A stretch of 64,000 bases of DNA from a virus: the IMG/VR virus record IMGVR_UViG_3300042880_000408, positions 6,736 through 70,735 of that record; one strand, written 5' to 3'. Every line of letters begins with the position of its first letter. Positions within the stretch are counted from its first letter, which is position 1. The notes under the pieces are model-generated. The model was not told the DNA's origin. It saw only the letters and a program-made list of their open reading frames with translations, and made no database searches. The translations under genes were made by a program, and so were the position numbers. Below are positions 20,901 through 27,502 of the stretch, in pieces.

Positions 20901-23900
20901 GTGGGCAAGGATGGGAAGCCGTTGGTTGTTTACCACGGAACTTCCTCGGAGTTCACGACTTTTCGAAGGACTAGAACTGGTGAATTTGGGCCTGCTATCT
21001 ATACAACAGCCGACCCGAAGGAAGCTGCGCAATATGGCGTTGGGGCTGGAGCCGGTTTAATGGGCGAACCGCCTGTCAGGGTAATGCCTGTTTATGTTAG
21101 CCTTCAGACTCCATTTACGGGTGGAGTAGATGCTTTCTGGAAGCAATTCGGAGGCGAAGGAGTCACTGATGCCGAGGCTGTACAGAATGCTATAAGCGAA
21201 GGCTACGATGGAGTTATTGCTACTCGCAAGGAGTGGAACGACAAGATACTGACTCATTATATTGCCTTCGAACCCACCCAGATTAAGTCCGCCACTGGCA
21301 ATCGCGGTACGTTCGATCCAAAGAATCCAGACATTCGTTATTCAGCTGGCAGACAACAACCAACTGACGTACGTTCAGCTGCTGAAGGCGTCGTAGCTGC
21401 TCTTAGAGAAGCTGGTGTCAGCTCGGACATTGAACTTGAATTGCAAATCAAGGCAAACATTCCAAACGTCACACCCGAGCAGATGCAGTTGTTCCGAGAT
21501 GCTTGGAACGCCAGCACTGCGAAAAGCAAGATCGATTCTCCAATTGGAAGTAACCCAGACAACGCGGCGATCGGAGCCAGAGCAAAAGAGCTCATGAAGG
21601 CTGCTATCGAGCTTGGATACGGTGCCAAGAAAGAAGACTGGATGGAAATCGTCGATGTTGTTCACTCGCAACTATCGATCGAGGTGCCTGGGATTTCAAA
21701 GTATGAAACCATGCAGGCAATGTCCGACTATGGGTCGTGGCGAGAACTCGACAAGGGCGAAATCGCTGTGAAGACCAGGGCTATTCGAGGTAAGGTAAGG
21801 CAGTCGCTCAAGATTGAAGACACAATCAAGGCGATCGCGCAGAGTCAGGAATGGCTCAAGGCTGGAGTCAGCCCAGATGAGGTGGCTCGTCGTCTGCGAG
21901 ACAAAGGTTTGCTTCCAAAGGCGACTGGTCAGGAACGTGCTACGCCAGACAGCATCGAACGAGATCTCATATCCGAGTTCAACAAACTGAAGAAAACTCT
22001 TCCTGTTCCAGCTGAATCGCGAGAGGGACAATTGAAGTCTGCTCTGAGCACAGCTAAGACGGCAGCGAACAACAGGCTTGAGATGCTTGATAAAGACATT
22101 GCTGCTTTGGAGGAGGCGTTAAAAGATCGCAAGCCACTTGTAAGACCAGTTGCCGAAAAGACCGAGCTCAAGCCCGACGAGGAGCTTGCGAAACTTCGCG
22201 ACCGGTTGGAACAGAAACGACGCCAAAGGGACGAGCTTAAGGCTCAGTACGAAAAGATATTCCCATCCACCAAGCCCAAGAAAGGCCGTAAGACGCTCAC
22301 TGAAGAGCAAAAGCTTGAGGCTGCGATCAAAATGCTAGGAAGACAGATCGTCGCTGTGAAGGCCGACGTAGAGGCTTTAGAGAGTGGGACATGGGCTCCG
22401 CCTTCAGGGCGTTCCAGTGTTACTTCGGATCGCAAAGAAGAGCTCGCGGATGAACTGGCGTCGTTAAGGAAGATTCAAAAGCAAGCGAGGATGGCGAATC
22501 CCGTGTATCAAGCGAGGGAGGAGGCGAAGTACTGGGAGCGTTACCGAAAGGCTCAAGAGAGGCGGCTTGCGTTCTGGGAAAAGCGTCGCGATGAAGCTAA
22601 AGCGGGACGTCTTCCGGTGCCACTGCAAAAGCGAACGGTTACCGAGAAGGCAATACTGGAGAAGAATCTCGAGATCGAGGAAATGCAGTATGAGGCAATG
22701 ATTGCGATCGAAAAGGCGAAGAGAGCTACTTGGAATTTTGGCCAATGGATAGGCCAGGGGATCCTTGAGGCTACCTCGTTGCTTCCTCGCACTCTGATGC
22801 TTGGTATGGAAATGTCCTTCGTGTTGCGTCAGGGGTTCTTCTACACCTACTCGCAGCCTATGAAGGCTTTTGCCGCGCTCGTTGAAGCGGTGCCTGCGGT
22901 GTTCAGTCAGCGTTTAGCATTGGCTTCCATGGAAGACATCGAGAACAGGCCGAACGCGAAAGAGTACGAGCTTGCTAAGGTCGATTTCACACGAGCGACA
23001 GGCCCTCAGGCAAAGCTCGAGGAGTTGTACCAGTCTTCAATTATTAAATGGCTGGAAAGCACCGGTACAAACCTGCTTCTTCCGCTACGTACCTGGGCTA
23101 AGTTGTACGCCATGGCAGAGCGTGGTAACCGCACGTTTTCAAACATCATGAAAGCGGACATGTACGACATTCAAAAACGAGACACGTTAGCGGCAAGAGA
23201 GTTTTTTGGGATAAGCACGGATTGGACTGAGCAGGACATTAAAGAGACGGGTCGCATAGCGAACATTTTTAGCGGTAGAGGCACTGGTCTGAGAGGAAAC
23301 AACCCATGGATGGATTGGCTGTTCCTTGCTAGACGTTGGACTTGGTCTCGCATTCAGGCAGACTTCATTGTTCCTTTCCAGCTCGCGACTCCAGAGTGGA
23401 TCGGTCAGTGGAATGCCGATCGCGGCATGCGAGTCGCTCTCGCAAAGCTTTATATTCGATCACTTGTTGGGCACGCTGCAAAAATGGCTGCGGCGTACTT
23501 CGCGTATTCAATGCTCGCCGGCGACGACGAGGAGGAAAAACCTACGATCGAATTCGACTTGAGATCAAGCGATGCGTTGGCGCTCAAGATCGGTGAGACC
23601 CGGTTCAAGGATGAAGGTGGCTTGATGCCGGCGATCGTGCTTGCATCTCGAATAATGACCGGCACAATCAAGACCGGAAAGGGTGAGATAAAGTCGATCT
23701 ACGGCGAGGACATTGAGTATGGGGGACAAACTGCTGCGGACTTCCTGTTAAATTACGGCAGGTATAAACTGGGCACTGCGCCATCTGCAATACTCGAGTG
23801 GATATCTGGGAGAGACGCGGTGGGAAATGTCGTGAAGAAAACCGACATCGTCACATCGCGAATAGTACCTTTGACATACCGCGAAATATACGCTGCCGAA

Positions 23901-24404
23901 AGCGAGCTCGGGCTTGCCAGAGGCACGTTGGCTGCACTGGAGGCTTTCTTTGGTGTATCGGTGTCGACGCACGGAGAACGAACCAAGTACAAGAAAGCAA
24001 GCGAGCAGGATCGCAAAAAGCAGTTCGAACAAGATCTCAAAGGCATGGAATGGGATTCTCCAGACTTTGCGTACGAAGACCTGCTGACTGACAAGCAAGT
24101 TCAGCAAATGATTGGCCAGCGAGAAAACAAGAAGCAGTCGGTTGTGTATGCGGCGTTGGCCAACCCACAGCGAAACTCGCATCGCAGCGACGAGTCTTAT
24201 CAGCAGTCGATCAAAGAGCGAGACGAGGCGGTTTCCAAGCTGCGGAGAATGAAGGTCGATTTCAACGAGGCGAGACTTCTTCTGCTGGCGTATTACAAGC
24301 GGCAATATGGTTCCGCATACGAAATGCGAGGGAAATCCTACGTTTTGAGAGAAAGCTTTACTCAGCGACTATCGCAACTAAGGAAAGCACTCGAGCAAAA
24401 ATAG
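8913..24404 (+). CDS. Giant polyvalent protein (HExxH metallopeptidase, HhH/glycosylase-like, GNAT, two ART-like, duplicated HDxxGH domain, ParB-like, coiled coil), probable ejection protein
   Basis: 5163-aa ORF; AHELFH 13131-13148; DIVSVFN...LDAFD...GF GNAT-like ~15900-16430; VLEGGHRFDAL ParB-like ~20480-20820; FREWFGDSKVV..GKPLVVYHGT...FEPTQIKSATGNRGTFDPKNPDIRYS ART-PolyVal-like ~20860-21345. Confidence 0.85.
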   Translation: MGDFLEMFREAERQSATGSLAQTTTPEVDGDSASRLFAETTYEDPREQAIIDSRKKYPGNEFLDMFSLVEKKDEVDVRRRQRAFAERSSLSDPDTYIAATRMLLSTGDRYDQLATLRKLTPEQRKLALKLAPGIGQQLGDDRGGAVSQTIDAFSRGVSGYVQAGMEFVGMGGTQEEVDYLRKLNSASQEFAPARPDDPWYQRGAMQAAEMTPAMVTMGGAGVLGGVAGKAAGTAIGRAAAAGVPGAKAAFQAAGAVGRIPAAIGMKGATTKSVFAGAGSSAGVAASSLPQMYSQERESLRELGMEDDWKLRLLAGATAVVGGLVESIVPNPFAGSMSIRNGAMNAARKYLWEAVKRYPLELSEEGLQGVTSGLGEYVAQYIASEKELDFGDGEVVKSNGVKKKTIADAFKKGWEQTKESALPLAFLIGVPAVGGAGVSAANARRYQLESETFRNGLFGDDGENAFPDVSSFKDIGGGEEDLASVRARRMLLEGVVAQESVSRDEARQFGLIGKREKVNAKERLVRATEELNRLRERENSLMSVSGQSDLQAATQMPIPSPEITDTASPTSIPQPSQASSPPAPSAIPPSQGNTARRSDYLVQTQSNGEVNVAVLRSEDGSAALFVGDARVPIQYNAEAAAGKSDQELLAYSLDPLGFQGAVEMPQAGSPQGQPVQQSSVADVRAPIAPPQATGQQAGVGTVQPQVQPQQAQPGMQQPLQPPPVVSPGVNGAVPLQTATQNMPLRNQQAPAPASPFDSQLAGSQVQGVNTQQSPSAIARPTVQAGIQSGQLPTNPFVEGEQQQETPQQPKGGLQGAVESLDRAADNDHKSIRRAGDSVDDVLSYHGEMGIKADGSEDPYETVDPSVGVKFDAHGLSKGTPDSQARQLDSLLSNGVDSSRDFFTAPFEVDKDNKAALAAGLGTAGGTARKNGVAVVTGGYGLSIKDGGIVNVFINDAMKELKAAVEAKYGKIYNVHFLSEQKAVLESQAAKQSEQLPTNPFDSQQELPQSTNPFDEESGQHSPQVGKELWQKRLEEVESGLTSTDDYVQWESAVRQAISNGEDVPADVLEDFQNWEELGAALDGSTKESQPTTQSNSVAKSETSSKTDEGRPGPSEQAAADSTEPPVERKLKRGKKLKVGSSVTDSKTGEQLTVDEVIHSNWGLAKSGDQVVLVNLNNGSTYERGRRERILEKMKMEGIGGLSSEQEPAVTKGKKAPGEEAPKASKKKKKRAAGNKSTAKKSAGAKSSLSGLSDQDLRNLATAMGVDVADRDNASIIEELANNESVKRFFENAKPEADATPSSKRNRPAAPRDDRKSKDSIPGEILNGDENTREVPSSEFNSNEQKQERILKRLGVTLRIIEGNNWGIPGMFFPRSMSIWLNRRYISSFDKMWLNSGRPKESMTWGLFAHELFHAIKEVAPKTWNRLYTWVSKNDPSNLGKAKVAYLANFIDLFENVLQEDIDAWVARDPKNRSKANIKIPSKVSVAEQLDSVIKAMEKFPSIEGESLISDLTSNAAENVREVLGSKDIQNNEGLSRYLEDRAGFFNFWDKLGEKDPGLLAKVGRWILRVLRLAEPGETNPNTLAGQARQAIERAMKERSVDYPPRQRRAAATRQKDRKARTLDEVRSRVAKDYALTVSTDPMLQINGEPFAKLDPNKTGDGLLIDDADNSMRRMMDESLREAGVPEEIASTVKVPSSEEVDYAFRLTNGSRYWYELSAVGFVKDFFGLSSKLTERLIDIIAGTSGGQKPTDNLRIGVAAMSQDMQGRPVSVGTRDESSLTAALSPATLETHKFGNFSDTMQVLGGLRPGVKPLPTIDLQMAKVFGVQHAAIASDPRMYEAMSRFLIKLRNAQNDMLKDNEQPYESWQIQAMLWVAQRDTSDPDSYNIGMPKVVAQLKQAGIATPGGRITIETLMDPRTSDVLAPTSKIIPEAYTATIETRTKLTKVGKESAGIFEKLKSIDAPWARNLIDEFEKIQRRTMRAIGNRQPPKPGNKTRQRSVASQLISVIMNKSPGSHELSRVDTEAWGTFEGDASPNVRLPLNLSQTGSSEEGGGTKRYTPTTNHKQQFLSVLGKHLKQAAQAASQFVSTTYGSHDTFSILVRRYDKVDITEAELAGISAGLGRPVSYKKVPNGWQLDVNIGGMDETAEQKAENRDVQRIHAVMQEFASTGSIEYKILPRAYDSVYIDASEYSKHIRRLENEIQRNVDTGGSREGVGYPSERRASDYANVVEQIKSIAAEQESAFRRWTKDAREIAAKRGINLEGEREGGRRASPGRRGKDATIAIRRSLGADGRVWSRSSDRRKVGGYDLVARYRADAPEWAEAGVSAPVFVELKKSEKSARQFSEAITAARESQGKMGASVYVYPDQDYRDMRLFLTEDGETGFALKDTGEAGITDIVSVFNTSGGTHRGVVYSMIRLAVEEGGNTLDAFDTFLPGVYSANGFKAVSRIKWSDDFALEGWDKASYAEFNNGEPDIVFMAYDPQQTDLYTNDSGDGEVFGDYYEAVASQRAAAIKSKGKRNGKKKQGGRRRASPGRGDEGLREDPGQDRSEYDKKRMGETPAYGKPREGAVSYVGRHYSPQPQVSLSGKFYATNVSKFSGGESKRLRNSSDSRIKNRVYFYINTAGEIKPEMGVGVYAHEVQLDNLYDPDSNLIPTSLNANDFESAVIDAGFDGYIAKPYGMAVLLGPQHAEVPVRRATEYDVGRRASVGRTGLANKEIGDETKVSKGSGGRASPVRKEGGRPESTRDGRGRDQGRKIAPLAGSPSVSGFNGPDPEIVAVAERYAKENGIELKRQAEYVNVDEDRAKRIASAYEQMKHDPQDPRVKEAYQELIKQTIAQYKALADAGYKFWFTDLNVPSNVEYLSSPYNSLRDLRNNKQMGVFPTSDGFGTSDLDVNDNPLLADTGFMWPSGGIDGELKPVLANDLFRAVHDAFGHSLEGAGFRARGEENAWQAHVRLFYGSAVGAITSETRGQNSWLNYGPYGEKNRTAKVEDTVFADQKTGLMPEWTWTEGRAADMEEAGDEVVRYSPGRRASVGRTGLANKEIGDETKVSKGSGGRASPVRKEGGRSESTGDGRGRYSGRGLAPLEGVPSKQGFYGPDPRLVEVAERYAKENGIELKRQAEYVEVDVDRAKRIANAYAEMKHDPQDPAVKEAYDELIKQTTSQYKALSDAGYEFYFIDLNSADGQEYASTPWNALRDVRANKRMGVFATEEGFGSSEDFNPEANPLLADTGFKWSLGKDGPKKRVLANDLFRAVHDAFGHGLEGASFRARGEENAWQAHIRLFTGPAQGAITSETRGQNSWLNYGPHGESNRNAKVEDTIFADQKTGLMPEWTWTEGRAADMEEAGDEVVRYSPGRQAKRKRDPEITKAAQDLKAGLIDRDQYQRIVDMRMPLRKFDEVPIPAGKEDMLRGLGDRKAGERLKRDLIQNPEDIAKGRLLEARLDIPAYDEENVWVVSLHEPRPDLNKGSAGRVVAYTPTSVFRNVTFGVTETAALNIAAGKPKSTIATMRGEYVPMTSQQAYELALGNKDLWVEIGMNPIRHTYFYDKDTQTPVVSAKEVVQVGGMVLAKNPVFGKRENYRYSPGRGNKDDVLAALYKHLEKEGVIKPQAVNLPQAADEKTTSVKNRKTDELREEAGYPPRTPPAKESFEAWESQARQKYPTAKDRLELLSQAERNPEMLGKIESAAIGQHIAYLNNRREAGENVSAELLRTIKVANVVGTEAGRALVSRKAERFSDFSLAGLISEHIRTVGKDPSEAQMREYAELADRIAKLEADNRKLSRKLARETIKRKKAEAGKETAPKPQPEEPKKGTKKAALVKKVSDAFSVFQNLWSGGNRPAARRNLRPQTEASSLKIAGDVVDGRKVKIPVPNMSSIKASLEDYEVLEGIREVPLSKFSVTGKPKYYSVSEESRTKKLSQQIKDSGIISPLIVVEDNEGFYVLEGGHRFDALRELDAKSFPAVVVRDLSTANRTRYSPGRQTESSAFREWFGDSKVVGKDGKPLVVYHGTSSEFTTFRRTRTGEFGPAIYTTADPKEAAQYGVGAGAGLMGEPPVRVMPVYVSLQTPFTGGVDAFWKQFGGEGVTDAEAVQNAISEGYDGVIATRKEWNDKILTHYIAFEPTQIKSATGNRGTFDPKNPDIRYSAGRQQPTDVRSAAEGVVAALREAGVSSDIELELQIKANIPNVTPEQMQLFRDAWNASTAKSKIDSPIGSNPDNAAIGARAKELMKAAIELGYGAKKEDWMEIVDVVHSQLSIEVPGISKYETMQAMSDYGSWRELDKGEIAVKTRAIRGKVRQSLKIEDTIKAIAQSQEWLKAGVSPDEVARRLRDKGLLPKATGQERATPDSIERDLISEFNKLKKTLPVPAESREGQLKSALSTAKTAANNRLEMLDKDIAALEEALKDRKPLVRPVAEKTELKPDEELAKLRDRLEQKRRQRDELKAQYEKIFPSTKPKKGRKTLTEEQKLEAAIKMLGRQIVAVKADVEALESGTWAPPSGRSSVTSDRKEELADELASLRKIQKQARMANPVYQAREEAKYWERYRKAQERRLAFWEKRRDEAKAGRLPVPLQKRTVTEKAILEKNLEIEEMQYEAMIAIEKAKRATWNFGQWIGQGILEATSLLPRTLMLGMEMSFVLRQGFFYTYSQPMKAFAALVEAVPAVFSQRLALASMEDIENRPNAKEYELAKVDFTRATGPQAKLEELYQSSIIKWLESTGTNLLLPLRTWAKLYAMAERGNRTFSNIMKADMYDIQKRDTLAAREFFGISTDWTEQDIKETGRIANIFSGRGTGLRGNNPWMDWLFLARRWTWSRIQADFIVPFQLATPEWIGQWNADRGMRVALAKLYIRSLVGHAAKMAAAYFAYSMLAGDDEEEKPTIEFDLRSSDALALKIGETRFKDEGGLMPAIVLASRIMTGTIKTGKGEIKSIYGEDIEYGGQTAADFLLNYGRYKLGTAPSAILEWISGRDAVGNVVKKTDIVTSRIVPLTYREIYAAESELGLARGTLAALEAFFGVSVSTHGERTKYKKASEQDRKKQFEQDLKGMEWDSPDFAYEDLLTDKQVQQMIGQRENKKQSVVYAALANPQRNSHRSDESYQQSIKERDEAVSKLRRMKVDFNEARLLLLAYYKRQYGSAYEMRGKSYVLRESFTQRLSQLRKALEQK
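11268..11910 (+). repeat. 31-bp direct repeat (30/31 identical, QLPTNPF) flanking a ~190-aa module
   Basis: caatccggacagcttccaacaaacccgtttg at 11268-11298 and caatccgaacagcttccaacaaacccgtttg at 11880-11910. Confidence 0.9.
17019..18986 (+). repeat. Tandem in-frame 981-bp duplication inside the giant ORF
   Basis: Units start at 17019 and 18000; first ~117 bp identical, last ~105 bp nearly identical, middle diverged; both encode NDLFRAVHDAFGH...RARGEENAWQAH...ETRGQNSWLNYGP. Confidence 0.95.
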
Positions 24405-24528
24405 TCCGCAAAACATCCATAAAAATTCCCGCCATGCTATTGTATGGTGGGGTGCAGATGCTAGGATTGAATGCTAAGTCGAGTGTCGTACTCGATTGTT
24501 CCTTTCAAGCATTTTTGGAGATTTGCTT

Positions 24529-25365
24529 ATGACTGACACAGCGTCAGTGAAGTTTCGTGCGTCGTCTGTTGGTCAATTGCTGGTTGGTGGTAATGCCATC
24601 ACTGATAAGCAGCTCGACCGTCTGAAAGAGTTGGCAGCTCGCAAGTCGGCATCTTTGGTAGACGAAAAGGTAAAGCCTCTGACCGCGACCATGCAGCAGG
24701 AGTTTGAGGAATTGGTCGCGAAGCGTGACGGTGAGTTCAAGTTCGGTGCGACAGCTTTGAATTACATTCGCGATTGTTGGTTGCGAAACACGTACAATTA
24801 CGACGAGCCGGTTGTCACGAACGAGATCTTGAAAGGTCTTATGTGCGAGGACGAGGCGATCGGAGTTTTGTCTCGTCAGGTCGAGGGGAGTTTTCGGTTC
24901 AAGAATTCGCAGTCCTATGAGGACAGTCACTTCACTGGGACTCCAGACGTCGTTGGCGACGAGTGGGTTGAGGATCTTAAGTGTGCATGGACGTTGCGAA
25001 CGTTCGTGGAGACCACCAAGCCGGATCCGATGTATTACTCGCAGGGGCAGGTGTATATGGCCCTCACAGGGAGAGAGTACTTCCGTCTCGCGCATGTTCT
25101 TGTCGATACTCCGGATGAGATCGTCAACGAAGAGATCAAGCGGTTTTATTTTCGATTCAACTGCGACGAGTTGAATCCGCATTACATTGAGGCGTCGGAC
25201 AAGGTGCTGAGGATGCACAAGTGCAGTCATTTGATCCCTGAATCGGAGCGGATCAAGTACTTTGAGTTTCGTCGCAATGACCAGTATATCGCTAACTTGC
25301 GGTCGAAGGTCGAACTCGCTCGTAAGGTTTATTCCTCGATGACATTGAAAGGTAATTATGAATAG
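24529..25365 (+). CDS. YqaJ/lambda-Exo-family recombination exonuclease
   Basis: FRASS...G..CEDEAI...TGTPD...EDLKC...QGQVYM PD-(D/E)xK pattern; GGAG RBS before ATG 24529. Confidence 0.8.
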   Translation: MTDTASVKFRASSVGQLLVGGNAITDKQLDRLKELAARKSASLVDEKVKPLTATMQQEFEELVAKRDGEFKFGATALNYIRDCWLRNTYNYDEPVVTNEILKGLMCEDEAIGVLSRQVEGSFRFKNSQSYEDSHFTGTPDVVGDEWVEDLKCAWTLRTFVETTKPDPMYYSQGQVYMALTGREYFRLAHVLVDTPDEIVNEEIKRFYFRFNCDELNPHYIEASDKVLRMHKCSHLIPESERIKYFEFRRNDQYIANLRSKVELARKVYSSMTLKGNYE

Positions 25366-26143
25366 CGAAACGTTGAATTTGCATCAGCGCATTGTGCGTA
25401 TCATGGCCACCATGGGTGCTGTTGGTAAGGGTGGGAGAACTAGTTACGGCGATAAGTTTGCGTATCATAAAATCGATGATGTGGACGACAAACTTCGTGG
25501 TGCTTTGATCGAGCATGGTGTGGTGGCTACGATTTCCGCTATCAAGCACTACAAGTTGGCAAGCTACCAAGGGCAAGACAAAGGCGGCAATCCGCGAACA
25601 GAATGGTACGCTGAGTGTTTGATCGACATTGAGCTGGTGAATGCTGATAATCCTTCGGATCGGTCGGTGATCGTTGGTTGGGGGCAAGGATTGGATTACT
25701 CAGACAAAGCAACTGGCAAGGCGGTGAGTTATGCTGCAAAATCGGCATATCTGTCAGCGTTCCACTTGCGTGGTCAGCCGGACAATGAGGCGGATGATAT
25801 CCCCAGGACGCAAAATCAACCGAAGGTGGCACCGCCGGAGCCGCAGGTAACAGCGGTTATGCAAGGTTGGATTGACGCTATGAATCAATGCGACGACTTT
25901 GATTCATTCGTAAAGCTTGACGCTAAGCTTGCAGCCGAGACGGTCTTGCGAGATTCGCTTGATGGTTGGAGGCAGCAGACCGCGATCCGTTGTCTGACGC
26001 GAAGTGTAGAGGCGTCCAGAGACATGGCGGAACTCGCTAAGCTTGCGGAAGTGATCAAGGGCCAGCCCGAAGCTGTGCAAAGACCACTGCGAGCAGTGTA
26101 TCCGATCAAGTACAAGGCGCTTAAGCAAGTCGCTCAGGCGTAA
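25358..26143 (+). CDS. ERF-family single-strand annealing protein
   Basis: DKATGKAVSYAAKSAYLSAF..DNE ERF-type motif; next to the exonuclease. Confidence 0.75.
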   Translation: MNSETLNLHQRIVRIMATMGAVGKGGRTSYGDKFAYHKIDDVDDKLRGALIEHGVVATISAIKHYKLASYQGQDKGGNPRTEWYAECLIDIELVNADNPSDRSVIVGWGQGLDYSDKATGKAVSYAAKSAYLSAFHLRGQPDNEADDIPRTQNQPKVAPPEPQVTAVMQGWIDAMNQCDDFDSFVKLDAKLAAETVLRDSLDGWRQQTAIRCLTRSVEASRDMAELAKLAEVIKGQPEAVQRPLRAVYPIKYKALKQVAQA

Positions 26144-26172
26144 GTTTTGGTTTTTTACTGGAGAATGGTGAG

Positions 26173-27108
26173 ATGAAAAGTTCGGTAGCGAGAATCGATT
26201 GGAAGCGAGACGGTGCAGCTGAAGAGACAATGAATCAGCTGAAGATTGGCTATTCTGTGGCGGACATGAAGCTTTCAGAAATAGACTGGAAGCAGTCCAA
26301 AGAAAACAGAGCGAGAGTCGAGTGGGTTAACGTGGAGCACAAAGACTCCATCAAGCACTCGATGGAGACGAATTGTTCCGTTCCGATGATTGTGGTCAAC
26401 AAGACTCCATCTGGGCATGTGATTGTCAGTGGTAATCATCGAGGGTTAGCAGCTCGCGAGTTTTTAGGCGATCACGGTGAGATTCCGGTGTTCGTTGTGC
26501 AGTGTACTCCGTCGGAATTTGAAGTGTTAAGCGTCATGCTTAACATGAAGAACGGAATGCCGATCAATCGAGATGAGAAAATATCCAAGGCTGTGGAATT
26601 CCATCGCGTTCTCGGGATGAAGCTTGCTGAAGCATGCAAAATGCTTGGTGTTAGCTCGAAGGCTGCAAGAGACAAGATGAGGACTTCGGATTTCGCTGTT
26701 GCTATGGGAGTTGAAATCCTGCCCGGTATGCAGTCGACTATTGCGCGAATACCAGAGCGACACTTGCAATTTGAGCCTGTGATGAGAGCGTACGGGAACC
26801 TCCTAAAGTCAAGAAAGAACAGAATCGGAAGGGAGGAAATGCAAGGGATCATTAACGACGTCAGCTCTGCTAAGAGTGAATCTGACATGGTTAAGAAGCT
26901 CGAGGATTTTACTGTCAAGCCGAGAGCTATTGTCGTTGACTTTGACAAGCCAAGGACGGATCTGATCAAGGCGATTGAAAGGCTTGCTGTCGCTGTAGAC
27001 AAGGCTAAGGAAGCTAACGTCAGCATGGTCGGAATTGTTGAAGAAAAGAGAAAGGAGGTCGTCGAAAAATGGATAGTAATCAAGAGAAATATCGGAACTT
27101 TTCTTTAG
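26173..27108 (+). CDS. ParB/Srx-like N-terminal domain protein
   Basis: PMIVV...IVSGNHR..AA motif followed by an HTH-like segment. Confidence 0.65.
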   Translation: MKSSVARIDWKRDGAAEETMNQLKIGYSVADMKLSEIDWKQSKENRARVEWVNVEHKDSIKHSMETNCSVPMIVVNKTPSGHVIVSGNHRGLAAREFLGDHGEIPVFVVQCTPSEFEVLSVMLNMKNGMPINRDEKISKAVEFHRVLGMKLAEACKMLGVSSKAARDKMRTSDFAVAMGVEILPGMQSTIARIPERHLQFEPVMRAYGNLLKSRKNRIGREEMQGIINDVSSAKSESDMVKKLEDFTVKPRAIVVDFDKPRTDLIKAIERLAVAVDKAKEANVSMVGIVEEKRKEVVEKWIVIKRNIGTFL

Positions 27109-27488
27109 CAGGAAAGTGGATAAAGCTCGCATCTCAGGTGATTGAGGACAATCCAGGAATCACCGAGTACGAATACATGCGGATCGTGTGTCCTTTCATG
27201 CCAACGCATATTGTTCGGAATCAAAGGCGAGCGACGAAAGTGGAGCTTGCTAGGGAGGCACTGCGAATGATCAAGCTCGAAGTCAAAGACGGAAAGATGT
27301 TTATCTCGCGTGTCAGATCTGGAAAGCCTGGATTTGCGGCGGAGATTATTCGAGTTGCGAAGGACAATGAAGAGGTTACTAAGAAGTCTCTACCTCACAT
27401 TGAAAATTTTTCACGGATAGCCGACTATTTAGTGGCTCGAAGTCTTCTGAGGAAGATAAGTCCTGGTGTTTACAAGAGCATGTCCTAG
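27069..27488 (+). CDS. Hypothetical protein (possible winged HTH)
   Basis: Fills the gap between the two ParB-like genes; ends LLRKISPGVY. Confidence 0.45.
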   Translation: MDSNQEKYRNFSLAGKWIKLASQVIEDNPGITEYEYMRIVCPFMPTHIVRNQRRATKVELAREALRMIKLEVKDGKMFISRVRSGKPGFAAEIIRVAKDNEEVTKKSLPHIENFSRIADYLVARSLLRKISPGVYKSMS

Positions 27489-27502
27489 AGAAGGTGACGT
27501 AA

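Noticed and set aside
8913-24404. Giant ORF as a virion RNA polymerase (N4/crAss-like) or tape measure
   Set aside because: No DxDxD or T7-type polymerase motifs seen and no tape-measure periodicity; the domain content fits a polyvalent protein
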